Origin: Amoebophrya sp. A120
Lineage: Eukaryota > Protista > Dinoflagellata
Length of the DNA: 64,000 bases
Direction: 5' to 3'
Assembly (NCBI GenBank): GCA_905178155.1
Contig: CAJINV010000001.1
Coordinates: forward strand, 4,302,233 to 4,366,232
Part shown: one piece after another, positions 19,095 through 33,004 of the stretch
Layout of the letters: every line of letters begins with the position of its first letter
Position numbering within the stretch: position 1 is the first letter of the stretch
Position numbers and translations under genes: made by a program
Notes under the pieces: model-generated
What the model was told of the DNA's origin: nothing
Databases searched by the model: none
The model's input: the letters and a program-made list of their open reading frames with translations, nothing else

Positions 19095-22000
19095 TCACTC
19101 ACAAGCGAAGAACGGCTTCCGCCAGTTCCACTTTTCTGGCAGCAGGTGCAGGTAATTGACGTTCAGTGTCCCTTTGATCACTTGCTGGTCCTGCTGCAGC
19201 ACAATGTACCGCTCCGCCTCGTTGTATTCCCGGTCGATGGCGTTGGTTTTGTTTTTGTAGAAGGAGCTCCGCTCAAACTTCCACCGGAATTCCCAGATGT
19301 CGCCCGTGTCCGGGTCCCACACCTTGACCGGGTGCCCCGCGACGCAGTCCACGAAGTGCTGGTGTGCGTAGGGCAGTCGCGTCATGTTCCAGACTAGAGA
19401 GTGGTTCAACGCGACTTCCAACGGGCGCATCAAGACCGCGAACCCGATTGTCTGCACGATGTGGTCGCCCCAGCCGTGGATCTGGAACATGCCGTGCAAG
19501 CTGTTGAGGTATTTCACGTAGCGCTGGTAGAGCGTGTCGGGCGTGCCGGTGTACTTGCTGTTCGTGATCGCGTTGGGCATCACACAGCCCCCAGACAAGG
19601 CGTTTCCCTGCGGGTACTCAAACGTGATCACCACGACCTCGTCGAAAAGCGATTTAAACTCGTTCAAAGGCTTCCCGCCGCTGTCCAACTCCTCAGCCTC
19701 ATCCTCATCCTCCTCGTCGTCGTCCTTTCGGTTTCTCCTTTTTTCCTCGAGAGTCTTGTCCTCCCGCTCAATCACCTCCAGCGTCTTCCCCTCCCGGCGC
19801 AACTGCCGCGCCGACGGACCGTCTAGTTGCTGCATCGGGAGGCGCAGTTGCCGGTTCGGGTAGGTGAACAGTTTCGACTCCATCAAGTGTCGATGCTGTA
19901 ACGCCCAGAAGTTCGTGATCTCCCATAACTGTTGCAGTGCGGCGGTCTTCTGCGAACGGTAGAGGATCTTGTAGCCCCACGCAAGCTCCAGGTCAGAAAC
20001 GAAATCGTTAACGTGTTCGACAAAAGTTTGTTTCGCTTGCTGAAGAACTGCTGTGGAACTGGAAGACGAAGAAGATGTTGTTTTTACAGCATTCTTTTTC
20101 TTACTGCCACCATCTCTATTTTGGTCCTGCTCTTCAAACACGCCATTCTCTTCCTTCACCTGCGCCAAGAAGTCGTCCAGATGGTTCTTCAGAAAGTACT
20201 TTTTCGACCGCTGCTGCAAAACGAGATTTTTGTGCTCGAAGTCCGCAAACGGATCATAGCCCTTAGCGTCGTTCGGGAAGTAAGCGTCCGTGTCCAGCCA
20301 CCAAGACAGGTGGAACCTTTGCATAACGCTCGTCAAGTACAAGGGTCCGCTCCTGAAGTGGATCATCTCCAACCACGGGTAAGACCTGTGGTGGTCTTGT
20401 CGGTCCATGTTCGGCAGAATTGGTAATTCCGGTTTTTCGCGCAGATGCAGCCATATCCGGTTCTTCGACTTTGCGACAATGTCCAACAGAGAAATGTCCT
20501 GCCCGTACTCGCTATCCACCTTCACGTCCGCGCCGACCGACTTCAGATGCCCGTTCCGCCCACGGGACACAAAAATTGTCCCTGCGGGCTGTGCATGTTG
20601 CCGCATCTGTTTCGCTTGCTCGTAGAACTCGTCTGCGTTTTCAAATCGAAAGACGCGAGCCTCGGAGTTGTGGTCCGTGCGGAAATGGGCAAGGCGTTTC
20701 ACCTTCTCCAGAACCAAATCGTCTTCTTCGGCTTCTTTTGATGGCGCAGGAGCAGGGGCTTTTGTCTTTTTGTCTTTACTTGCGGCAGTTTTCGCTTGTA
20801 GTTTCCTCTCCTGTTCTTTTTTCCACTCCAGATATTCCTCCTCCTCCTCTCGCCTGATCAAGTACGCCTCGATCTGGGTGGTTGTCTCCTCGCTGACCGC
20901 TGGCTTGTTCATCCTCTTCCTCCATGCCGCGAATTCCTGGTCATCGAAGTCATCCTTCAAAACTTTGCTAGCCCCGCCGTTGTTCAGGAATTGGAGCTCC
21001 TGCTCCCGAGAGATGCCGACGTGCCAGATCAAAACGGGGTAGTCGAAGTACTTGTTAAAGTTGTTCCAGAGATTGCTCAGCGCGTGCTGCAACTCCCACA
21101 AGTGGTCCTCCCCGTGATCCAGCAAGTAGTAAATCGCGTGCTTGTTCTCGTTTGTGGGAAGCGTTTTCTCAAAAGCTTCCGACCGCAGTTCCTCCTCGCC
21201 GCACAAAGGTCCGCGGTAGGGCGCGAAGCACTCACAGATTCTCTGCGAATTCGGCTCCCGCCGGACGCAGCGGCCCCGGTTGCTGTTTTCGATAAACGTA
21301 TCCACCCCGGGGCCGGGGTGCTTGTGGTAAAACCGCTTCGGAAACAGCCGGTGAACGAGAAAGGAGTACAGGCTCGGGAAACTCTCCAAAACTTCTCCTT
21401 TTCCAAACACGTCGCCGCCGTGGAGCGCCAAGCCGCTGCTTACGATATCCTTTGGAATTCTCGTCTTCCGGAGCAGAAAATCCGCCCAGTAAAACCGCGC
21501 GCGGCGGTAGAGCCCGAGTTCCTCGCTGTAGAGGAAGTTGTACTCCAGGCGCTGGAACGCCATCGTCTTCCAGGGGGAGCAGAACCACCCATCGAGCCAG
21601 TGATCGAAAACTGACAACTGCCTTTCCGGGTGGTCCAGCTCCTTCACCACGTAGCTCTTGTGTTTGAACACTGCGTAGGCGTGGTCGATCTGGAGCAACT
21701 GGTACCCAAACGGTTTCAGCATGTCCACCAACACCTGCAAGCTGCAGTGGGTCACGTGGTCACCCCACTCCTCGCGCTCCACGTGCTCCTGCAAGCCCTG
21801 GGCGATTTGCTCCAGCGGGGGCGGGACCAGAGGGTTGAAGGGCAGATACCAGATTTTCGGCAAAAAGTAGTTCGACAGAATCATGTTGTTCAGGATTTCG
21901 CAGTTCACCGTCTGCACCGCGGCGGAAGCGATGTCGACACTGTGTGCCGGGGAGGTTCCGGGTCTGGTTTGCGCCCACGGCATGACCGGTGCCCGGTGGC

Positions 22001-25000
22001 CGGCGAGCGGGCGACCCAGGTATTCCAGCGCTTGTCCCTGCGTCGCGTTGTTCCAACTGAAAGAATTGCCAAACACGGCCGCGACGCTGCCGGCGAAGTT
22101 TTTCTCCACTTCCAGGCATTTGATCGGGTCCCAGTGGTTTTCGCCCGGAAAGTTCCGCAACCGCGTGGAAATCACGCTCGCGCGGTCAAAGACCCGCGCT
22201 TTCGTCAACTCACGGAGGTACGCAATTTCGAAGTGCGTCTGCTGCCAGTCGTGCAGCAGGTACTGGAGGTTGAGATCGGTGGGTGGTTGGCCTAAATTCT
22301 GCACGAGCGCCATTTCCCTCTCCTCCGGTTTGGAGAAGTCGGCCTCGATTTGCGGCAGAATTTCTTTCCTTTGTTCCAAAAAGGTCTTCACCGTGAACAT
22401 CCTGCGCTGCAAGTCGTGCACTTGCTCGGGCTTGACGTGCAGGGCAAAGACGTTGGCGTACACGTCGAGCATCTGCTGAAATTTGTCGACATCGTGACCG
22501 TACGTCATCAACGGATGTGGGACTTGCGTTAAGACCGGGTCCTTCACCTCGCAATCGGTGGTCGAGTTGCGCGGTTCCAAAAAGCTCCGGATCGCGAGGT
22601 AGTGGTAGCTCGCGCCGCGGCCCTGATTCTCCGTCGGCTCAAAGGATTGCAGTAAATCGCTCGGCGCGAAGTTGTGCCAGTTGTACGTGAAAGAACCGTC
22701 GACGAAGGGCGTTTTTCGGGGCAGCTTCCGCGAATCGGTGCTCGCAATTCCAGTTTCCGGCAACGGGAATAAAGCTCGCTCCCGCGACCGGGCTTGGCAG
22801 ATCGGGTCATTGCGCGAAAACTTGTAGTTCTCCGGGTCGAAGGCGTTTGCGTGAAACGTCGCGTAGGTGTCCAGCGTGCGGGGCTTGTCGCGTCGTTTCA
22901 AATACCAATTGGGAAGCGTTTTTGCTTTTTTCGTTCCAAGCAGGCCGGCGTTATAGTCAAGACTTTCGTTCTCTGTTGCTTTTTTCTCATGGAGTGTCGT
23001 CTTCGCTTTTGCAGTGTTTACCTGATCTTCCTCCACCGCAAAGAGGGAAGATACGTAGTGATTCCCGAAGGCCTTCTCCTGTACTGGTTCATCATCTTTG
23101 CGGGAGGTGATGAGCTTATTCTTGTCTTTATTTCCAACCGCTGTTTGTTTGTCCCCCGTTCTTTTCGCCATCCCGCCACTAAGCCCGCGCTCGCGAAACA
23201 GGCTGTGATCGCTGGCTTCGCCGAAGTACTCTTCCGTCAGTTCCCCGTCGAGGAAGCTGCTGCTCAGCCGCTTCTGGTTTTCTTCAATAGCCTTCGACAG
23301 CGGCGGGTGCGCCACGCGTAGCATCTTGCCCTGAAACCCGTTCGCGCCGTTCAACCAAAGGCCTTCCTCGAGCGCTATGCTGGCGTCGCTGTCCACAACC
23401 GCAAGAGACCGAGAAAACTTCGTCGCAGGAGGAGGGTTGTTGCTGTGTTGGATAGAGTTCAACATCTTCACAGAAGTTGTTGGTTCTTCTTTCAGCCGTT
23501 TCAACTGCTGCACCAGCAAACTTCGCTGTTTCTGCACCAAATCCTCCGTCTGGATACTGTCGTAGTGCGTGTGGTTCAAGAGAAACTGGTAGAACGGCAC
23601 CAAGCCGATTTGCGAATTCACGGGGACGGCGGCGGCGCGACCCGCGTCGCGGACGATCATCGCGAGGCCGGACAAAACCGCAGTTGCAACTTCCCGCAGG
23701 ACCACCAAATACGTGTGCACGGGCTGCAGGTAAAGCTTGCTGTATTCCATGAAAAACTTCTGCTCCGGGTCCTGTTCCAGCTTGTCCGCAAGCACTTTCA
23801 CTTCTTTCTTCAAATCCTGAAAGTCGCGGTCGATGTCGAGCTTGAGGAACTCCCCCTCCTTGGGTAGAAAGTCGTCCGGGAGTCTCTTTTTCACTTCCTT
23901 GTCGTCGATGTCCTCGTCGGTAGCGATGATGCCCTCTTTCAGCAGTCTCGCCAGCCGCTGCCGCCGCTCCACCCGTTCGTCCCGGACCTGTTGCCGCTTC
24001 TTTTCCGTGAACCCCGGGGACACGTACTGGTCGATCAGGCCAAAGCATCGCAAGAAAAAAGCGCTACAGGTACAAAAAAATTGTGTTGCAGGAGACGCAA
24101 GACAGACAACCTTTGTCATGCAGGAAATGCTTGCGAGCCTCGTTTCCTACGTATTTTCCCTCAATGTGATCTTTGCATTACAAGTTTTCTCTGCCACACA
24201 GAGAAAATTTGTGATGCAGAAACTCCAACAAATGTGTAACTGTAACACTTTTTTCTCGTGATACAAAGTCGAACGCCGCCTGCAAGGCCCGGTCGCGCAG
24301 CCCGACGTGCTTGGGCACGCGGTTCTCCAACACGTGCAGCACAAAGTCCAGGGACTCCACCGTGGCGTTGGAAGTGCGGAAGTTCTGCCGGTTCTCGTAC
24401 ACCACCCGGAACAGCTCGTGGTAGTCGCGGAGGTAGGCGGCAAGGTCCTCGGGAAATTCGAACAGCGCGCGGAACTGGATATCACACGGCTCGACCACAC
24501 CATTCAGAATGGGTTTTCGAACCTTGGGGCACTGGAGAAGATTCTCGACCGTGAAGGGAGAGGTCGAAGTGATTCGAATATTGTTCATCGGGGAAACTGT
24601 AGTTTCTGTCACTATTGGTGTTGCAGGACTATTGTTTCCGCTTCCCGTGCTGGGCGCCAACAACATCTTCTGATGCCTCTCCTTCCTGTCGAACCGGGGG
24701 TCATACCGCAGGGTGTTCGTCCCTACATCTGTTTGCTCCTTGAAAATGTCGATCAGTTCCACGTTCCAAATCGGCGAAAAATGCGCGTGGCGGTCCGCTT
24801 TCTTCCGCATTTCCACCGTTTCCGGTAGATTCGCCTCCGACAGATCGTACAATCTGGGCCCGTGACTGGGGTCGACGGCCGCATGTATCGGGTTGGACAT
24901 GCCGAAATCCGACAGCGTCCGAGGTTTTCCGGTATCGTTCACCTCTCTTTTCCGTTCTTCGACAATCGTTTTTGGTGCCTCAATGAAAGTGCTGATAAAC

Positions 25001-25542
25001 TTTTCATCATCCCCAGTTCCTCGTCCTTGCGCTTCTTCTTCATCTGCAACATCAAAGTCGGCAGTTTCCTCGTTATCAGTCTCTTCACGCCCCTTTTTCC
25101 TTTTCTCCTTCCGTGCTATCTTCACCAAGGGTGGCGTGCTGGCGACCGACAAAAGAAAGTCGCACGTGCGCTCGATCTCGTGCCCAAACCGGTCCACGAC
25201 CTCTTTCGCGAGGTATTCCAAGAGCGTTTCGGAAGCCCAAGTGCTGAAGTATTGCGTTCCAAAACCAAAGTCTTTGAACGCGTGGTGGATGCCGATCAGC
25301 TGCTGTTCGCAGTCCTCGATGTGTGCCGTGAGGCACTGGTGGGCACTGGACGCTGGAGTCAGCGATGGCTCCCCCTGGGCAGACGTAAAGCAGCACAAGG
25401 TTGCAGCTGATACCAAGACAGCACAGAGCCCTTTTGCTGTGTTCCGTGCTGTTCTTGACCACGAAACCAGAACTGCGCCTCCTGCGTGCCATCCTCTTGG
25501 CCGCTTCGATTTCGCAGAAAGCAAACGAGCAGTTGCGACCAT
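19095..25542 (-). CDS. Large secretory-pathway protein with an EGF-like module and a GT15 (Kre2/Mnt1 alpha-1,2-mannosyltransferase-like) domain
   Basis: Exons join as ..AAFDF|GLIDQY.. after removing the TIR element 24046-24263. Hydrophobic signal/anchor LCAVLVSAATLCC; EGF-like GRCVRR..CECFAPYRGPLC; GT15-like NFNKYFDYPVLIWH, WWLDTD, GWGDHIVQT. Start codon uncertain. Confidence 0.65.
24046..24263. mobile_element. TIR element / introner in the GT15 gene (218 bp)
   Basis: TIR CATCGCAAGAAAAAAGCGCTACAGGTACA / TATCACGAGAAAAAAGTGTTACAGTTACA; TSD CAAAG at 24041-24045 and 24264-24268. Confidence 0.88.
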
Positions 25543-26617
25543 GTCGTGGTAAAACCAGCACCACACCGATAGAGACAGCCGAAGCCGAACGATCAATCGG
25601 TAGTTACAACGAGCAATGAGCAGCTGACAGCACTTTAGTTCTTTTGCTTCATTTTGTCCTCACCGTCGCATGCACAACGAGTACGAAATGCTGCGAGTGA
25701 ATCATGTAGCTCCACTAATCTACTGATCCGGCGGGCTTTCGTTTCTCTTCGTGTGAGTGTCTTCTAGCATCCTCGTCTTCAGCACATACAATCCTGGCTG
25801 CCAAAAGAAAAAAGACTGTGCTAGTGCTTCCCTGACGCTGACACATACCGCAATACAGCAGCTGCGCTGTATCAGACCACCGATCAATGGACGGGCAAAA
25901 GAAGTAGACAGACAAAAGCAAATGATCTATTCTAAATGAAGCAAACAGGCACGTAGAGCGGATAGTACCGACTAGTCTACTTCGGAAAGGAAACTACAAA
26001 CAGACCGAAAATTTTTGACGGAAACAGATCTTGTGTGACACCTAGGGCACGTTGTGATCGCGGCAAACAAAGGCAAGTACAAGTACATGCCAAAACAGAA
26101 AAATAGCTGAACATTTTTCAACACGTATCACGAAGCAAAATAACGATCTGTTGATCCGTAGTTGCGCTTTTTGTTATTTCTTCTTCTTTCTGAATTTTAT
26201 TCCGGTCTAGTTTTTTTTGCGTGTTTTGCTGCTCAAATTGAGCACCCTAAGTCGTTGTTGCTCTACCTTAAAAGAATGAACGTCGCCTCTAGTTTCATTT
26301 CATATTTTATTTGTTGATCATACACGGTGTCGTGCCCATTAACACCACCAGGGAGTGGAAGTCGAAGTTGTTCGTTTTATAGAATTCTGTCTATAGCCGA
26401 AGGCAAACATGTCTACGTTCCGGGGGTCAAAAGTTTGAATACAAGCCTGAAGCGTCATCTGGGCGTGGGGCAAAAGAGTAGACGATCTAAGATCGTACGT
26501 AGGAAGGGAACCCACCAGGGGTGAACTAGTACCTTCGAATCGAACAAAATCGGAACGGCAGCGTGTAGTTTCAGATTTATTCTGAAAACAAGAAGACGAT
26601 CCCCTTGGCTCGTCGGA

Positions 26618-29600
26618 TCAGCTGACTGCTCCGCTGCTCCACGCGAGGGCAAAATTGTGGAACCGTGTGACCAGCTCTACGGGGACTCCGTCCGGTCCGC
26701 GCAGTTGTTTTTCCCCCTTGCTCCGATCCGGCGAGGTGGAGAAAATCCCGTAGCTGGCTTGGTTCGGACTCACGTCGGCGGACAGATCCGGGTACAAATG
26801 GCAGAATCGAATCTCCCGCCACGTCCAGGAACTGTAGTCAAAAGCTTTTACCAAATATTCCGTCGCGCGCTTCTCGACACGCAGGGTCACCGCGTGGGCT
26901 TGGTTGTGATGTTTGCGAGCATTCTTGCTCTCGTAATTGTTGTTGTTCGGGTTATTCATTTCCTTGGAACTCTTTGTTGTTGTTCCGGGCAGCACTTGAG
27001 AAGTTGTGCTAGAACTGGCTGTCTTCGGGTTGAGATTATTGTAGATAGGGCCCTGGTGGTCGCTAGAAGAAGTCGCTTGCTGCTCCATCTTGTTTACTTT
27101 CTGATTTCTTGCTGGGCCGCTGGTTGTTGATGTTGCGGAAAGGTCATACTGACCTTGTCGTGGCTTTGCGCGAGGTCGGTAAATGTCTGGGTCGTAATCA
27201 TGCCTCGAGTAGTCACAAGCCCCACCATTGCACACAACGACGGAAATACCGGCCGGACTGTCGTTCTGGCCCATAACGAGGCCCACCTGTGAAGTGATAC
27301 ATAGTGATCAAAGTTTTTTACGATTGGACATGTTATGAGAAATACTAGAGCTCAAAAAGTACAGTCCTGGAAGCACGGCAGGAATTGCACAGAAGGCCAA
27401 TACACAACACAGCATAGACCGGAGCTATGGAGTTAAATGAGGGTTGTACGATGTTGAGAAAGCCTCAAAACTCGTATCTACTATTTCGGATCATTCATTC
27501 GGCATTGATAGTGGACCGACATAAAAACAGCAGGAACAATCTCGACATTCCTGCAAGGCTATAAATTTGTATACCGAGATCCAGGCCGTGTTGGAGATGT
27601 AAATGAGCAGCCCCCCTTGGTCGTTGCAGCGGAAGCGGCTTTCCCCCAAGCTATTGGTGCCCATATTTGATGCGAGCAGGGATGTGCGCAGGGGGATCAT
27701 CATGTTGCTCATGTTCAAGAAGCCCGTCCCCGTGGACTCGTCAGCAGTCGTGCTGTTCAAGTTTACAACTTGGGAATTCGTTCGTGACTGCAGTACGTTG
27801 ATGCCACTTTTCGCTCCGCCCTTGACGCTGCTCGTCGTTCGCGGCAGTGGCTGCGGGGGACCTCCACCTCCTGCAGAACTACTTGTTGTACCCACACCAC
27901 CTCCGGCGGTAATGCTCACCCGCTTGGCCTGTAAATACGTGTTGGCGCCGGCATGCAGGGAGCCGCTGGTAGTGGATGTGTTATCCGGCAACTGCAATTG
28001 CAATGATCCAACGAGAAACGGATTCTCTACCTCACCCAACGTCAAGGAATCGCGGCCGCTGATCGCCGTCGTTGAGGAGTTCCCTTTCGCAAGGCCGCCA
28101 AAGGTCCGCGAACTAAGATGACCTTGTTGCTGCTGTTGGTGTTGACTACTGCTCTTGGAGCGGCTCATAGTACCTTGATGCGGTAGATGAGCGCCGGTAC
28201 TGGTACCCTTCGTTGTTCGTTGCTCCTGGGAGGTGGAAGCGGACCGGCTGAACAATCTCGGCCCGAATTCCGCGGCCATGCTCCCTTTTCCGGTCGGTGT
28301 GCTGGCGGACACCGATCCAGCAGTGGAGAGCTGCTCCATAGTTGTAGTACTTGTTCCTGCGATTGCGCCAGTAGTACGACCTTGTGCGAGTGGCAAGTTC
28401 TTCGTCCTTGCTCCCTCCGTCGCTCGCTGCTGTAGAAGCTCAAACACACCCTGCAGCTCCGGAAGAGCTCCTGCCTCAACATCGGTAGAGACGGCATGGT
28501 CCGTCTGTTCGCCGAAGACCAAGTCAGCGCCGGAAAACTGGAACTGCACATCGCTACTCTGCGCCGAGGAGTGCAGCTGCTGCTGTCCCTGCTGCAAGGC
28601 AGCGACTCCCCCGGGGAGCAAACTTTCCCCTCGGTAGAGCAGCCTGGTGGGCATCGCGGGCGAGTGGTGACTGCCGAGCCTCTTCGCGCCAAACATGTTG
28701 TCCTGCTGCTGCCCAGGACCCGTCGAGGCCTTCGCAACCGGCGCGGCGGTGAGCTCCACCGTGACCTCCAGAGACAGAACCGACACGCGGCACTCGAAAT
28801 TCATCCTGTTGTCCTTGTTGTTCCTGCTCTGATCACCTCCGTCGTCCGTGTTGTGGTTCACGTCCATCAAATACTCGAGGTACTGCTTGGCCATGCACGC
28901 GTCTTGCAAAGGTATCAAATACGCTTCACCATTGGTTTTCTGATGCGTGAAGGCATGGACAGTCTCCCCGTTCAGCTCATCCTGCCACATCACGCTGCGC
29001 CAGAAGTCGCGCCCGGGCGAAGGCGCCATCCAGAACACACTTCCCTCCTCGGTCAGCCCCCACCTCTTCGGGGCCTGGTCCCCAAGCCACCGAAACCGCC
29101 CGTCCAAAAGGGTTGCGCTTTTCTGTTTCGTCAGGGATGAATCCTCGGCGTGTTGTTCCTCCTGTTCATCCGGTGAAGAGCCTTGTTGTCTTTGCGCTAC
29201 TAGCGCAGATCGCTTAAACATATGATCCGCCGCGCCAGAATTGTTTACCAACTTCGGACCTGTTCTCGAGCCGGAAATCATCGCCGCGATACCAGTTGTA
29301 CCTGGCGCGGCAGCCCGTGTCCCGGAACTCGTCACGGACGCCACGGCAGAATTAGCTCCTCTGCCGCCGGCTGGGGGGCCCAGTTGTTGTTCGCTGTGAG
29401 GAGGCCCACCAGCGCCCACATCGTTCATCGTGTTCCATTGCGAGGAGGATATCTGCTCGGCGGCTGCTCCGAACTGTTGCCGGGTTTGCTGGTTTTTGAT
29501 GGCCCGCGTCTGGTTCGCGAGTGACTTGATCATGTTCTCTAGCGCCTTCAGCCGGCGGTTATAGGCCTCCTGGGAGAGATCCGAAGTCGGCAGTTCGAGC

Positions 29601-32600
29601 AGCTCGTTCAGAACCTTGACGCGATTCTGCGCTTGTTCGGAAGTAGAACCGTCTGCCTGTTGCCGTTGGGGACCGGGACCACCGCCAGCCGCCGACGTGC
29701 CACTGGTGCTCTGGGATGCGGACACAGTGCCCGGCGCTCCGTCGTCAAAGCTGCCAGCGGCGATATTGTGCTGTCCCTTCCGCTGCTTTCGGAACCGTGC
29801 CAGCATGTCGCGCTGCGCCTCCATGATTTCCTGTTGCGTCTGAAGAATCTTCTTCTGGTTGACGTGCTCGTCGCTAGTTTGCGGCGTGTGCAGCACATTC
29901 GCAGTGGAAGAACTTTCTTCGTTGATGTCACTCAATCGCTTCCCAGTACCCGCCTGCGTCTGTTGCCAGTGCTGCGGCTGCTCCTGCTGCGCAGCTCCTG
30001 CTGGTGGGAGGTGCTGTTGCTGCTGCTGCTGGTTATAGAACTGTTGCTGGGGCTGATGTTGTTGTGTACTAGCCACGCCGGCAGAAGGCGGCGCAGCTCC
30101 CAGAACGGGAGGACCTCCTCCCTGCCCGGCCGCAACATGCTGCATGTGTTGCATTTGCAGCTGTTGCTGCTGCATCATAGGGTTATTTATTGGCGTCCCT
30201 GGTGTCCCGGGCCCGGCGTAGTACTGATGTTGCTGCTGAAATTGTGGCTGCTGGAACGACTGCTGAAATTGTTGCTGCTGCCCAGCGGGGGCACCGTACT
30301 GTTGATACTGGAATCTGTTGGCGCTCTGGCTGTAGGGATCCACCGACAGAAGCGGCGCGGAGGGCGCATCCTCGTGGTCCTGCCTGCGCATCATAGCCAG
30401 CACAGGGTTGCACTCTTCGAAGGGCGCTATTAGTTCCTGCGGGGCGGTTGCGGGGAGGCGGAATTGGTTGTTGTCGCTGCTATCTGCCTGGAAATTTTGC
30501 AGAGGGTTATGCTGTGGTGGTGCATGATAGGGCTGCAGTCCCGGATTAAAATTATCCAGGTGCTGCTGCTGTTGTTGATGACCTGTGGCCGCGGGGACTG
30601 GCAGCATGTACGTACCTCCAGCTGCTCCCGCGGGGTTCCCCTGCAAAGGCGGAGTCGTGGGAGCTCCCGGGCTGGGAAGCGCGAGCTGTTGCGCAGCTCC
30701 TTGAACCTGCTGTGTAGGGTACTGGTTGTACGACCCATTATAGCCGGGAGGGAGGACAGGGACCTGTTGCTGGTGGGGCAGTTGATACTGTGATCCGCTG
30801 GCTTGTTGCTGCGCGATCTGCCGTGGGCTAGCAGGTGGCATCGGGCTGTGCATGATCGCATTGGGTGCTGGATTGATGTTTGTTTGGTGGGGGGTAGCCG
30901 TTGAGCTCGTTACTGGAGCGGAAGGAGGGGTGTTTGGAAGATGATGAAGCTTCGGCGTCGTGGGACCGACATTCCCATCGCTCGTGCGGTTCGCAGCTTG
31001 GGCCGCACCGTATTGATGAAGTTCGGCTGGCACCCCGCTGGTGGCAGCTGTGGTTGTTATATCGGTGATGTTCGCCTGCTGCTGCTGATTGCCGCCGAGA
31101 AACGGGTTTCCTGGGTTAGGCCGAAAAAATCCACCCGTCGTCGGACTTTGTGGCACGGCCATCCCAGCTCCAACTGCAGCGCCGCGCTGCACAGACGAAG
31201 GCGAGTAGTTCATCATTGGTTGTGGAGGACCTCCGGCGGCGCCCGGAGGTGCCTGGTGCAGTACCGGCGCAGACGGTGGACCCAACGATTCCCGACTCGA
31301 GGGTTGGAAGGGCGGCCCAACAAGCTGCTGTTGGTGACCAAAGTACAAATTGCTGCTAGTATTAAGCTGTTGCTGTGGCACTGCGCCCTGTGGAGCTACA
31401 GCCGAAGCGACGGCAATCCGCTGGGCAGCCATTCCTCCCGCTGCGTATTGATCATGCAATGGCGTGAGCGCACGCACGTCGGCGGCGGACGGCGCTGGTG
31501 CCGCTTCCAGTTCGGAGTTCGGCCCCTCCTCACTTTGAAAAATGCGGGAAAGCCGGTTCGCCATCTCGGTGGCGCCAATCGTGCCCACTTTGCGGAAGGT
31601 TTGGCTAGTCACGTAGTGCGCTTGGTCGTCGTCTTGGAGTTGATCGGTGGCTGACCCGACCGGGCTCGCGCGGCTGGTCGTGCCGTACGTTACCACCGGC
31701 AATCGGAGATCCGAGGAGCTATAGCCAGCACCGCCCGGGATGCTCTTTAGGTGGCTCATTTCCCCGGCGCTCGTGGCCACAATCTCCCGCGATGAGGAAG
31801 AGTTTGTCTTTGGCGCAGTAGAAGTCGGGACGCCGCGACCGTGCCCATACACAATCAGGTCGCCCCCCGTGCTCGCATCTACTGGCGTCAGCTTCGAAGA
31901 CGAAGCAGCATCGGCCGAAGACGGGCCTTTGAATCCGTATGGCGCGCCGCGGTGATGATGCTCCGGGGTGTTCTGCCGGCTGATAGCTTTGTCCTGCGTG
32001 GTGCCGAAATACGTCAGGTATTCGTTCTGCTGCAGCATGCCGCGGATATCGTCTATCAGGTTTGCCGTATTCCCAAGCGCGCTGTGCATCGAGCGCTTCT
32101 GCTCACCTGCTGCACTCGGGTCGTGGTTCTTGCCGGTAGTTGTGATATAATTTGGCTTTACTTGTTCCTGCTCTACTTGGCCTGGGTTGGTGCTACCCCC
32201 GTTTTCTGGGGTTTTGGCAGCCCCGAGTTCTTGAGTGGCTGACCCCTCCGAAAAAATCAAGTGATGGTGCGAGTGATGCGAGAGGCGATTTTCGAAACTA
32301 CTCACCGGCGCGCCGGAAACGGGGGCCAATTCCGGTTCGCTTCCGTCCGCCCGGGTGATGGTAATTGTTGGAAGACGACGAGGCTGCACTAAAGTGTCTT
32401 CATCACTCTTGTCCTCGTGGACATCAACGCCGGGCTTGTTTATCCGGGTCGTTGCGTTAGTCGGTCCGGCCGACATTTGCGCTTCACCTTCCGACCGCGT
32501 CTGGGCGAAGAAGTCCTGCTTGTAGTTTGGGGCACCGGGGACGAGAGGACGATCTCTCCGCACATGGTAGTCTTGCGTCGAGACCGCGGACGAAGCTAGC

Positions 32601-33004
32601 ATGTCCCTGTTTGTCCTTCTCGTAGACGATTTCCCGGATCTACTCCCATCGGTCGAAGTTGTGGTGCTTGAAGATGCAGCACCTCCGGTGTCGTCAGGCA
32701 AAGGCGAAAATTCCTGGAGCTTCACTGACGCGGGCTCCGCTAGAAGTACCACCTCTCCTGCGGCACTCGGAGGCAGTGCCTGCTCGGAGGTTACGAGGAC
32801 GGGACTACCCGTTGTACTAGCTTGAAGATCTTCCCGGTGGAAGTACCTTTCACCGCTCCGACTGTCTGTGGGCACCAGCACAATCGGCCCGCGGCCCCCA
32901 TCGTCGTCGCCCACGGTCTGAGACGCAGAGGCGACCAAGCCCTCCCCGGCGTGCGGATTTGATACCACTTCGGCTGCTTCCGCGCTCAACACGGCAACAG
33001 TCAT
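26618..33004 (-). CDS. ~2000-aa Q/P/S-rich protein with a C-terminal DUF1349 (Ree1/ConA-like) domain broken by insertions
   Basis: ORF to 27573 joined by a GT-AG intron (~27287-27572) to exon 27286-26618. Motifs GRDFWR, DQGGLLIYISNTAWI, SVVVCNGGACDYS, WREIRFCHL. The 5' end may have further exons. Confidence 0.55.

Noticed and set aside
19400-32830. Numerous plus-strand ORFs of 100-270 aa
   Set aside because: Antisense shadows of GC-rich minus-strand CDS with no motifs.
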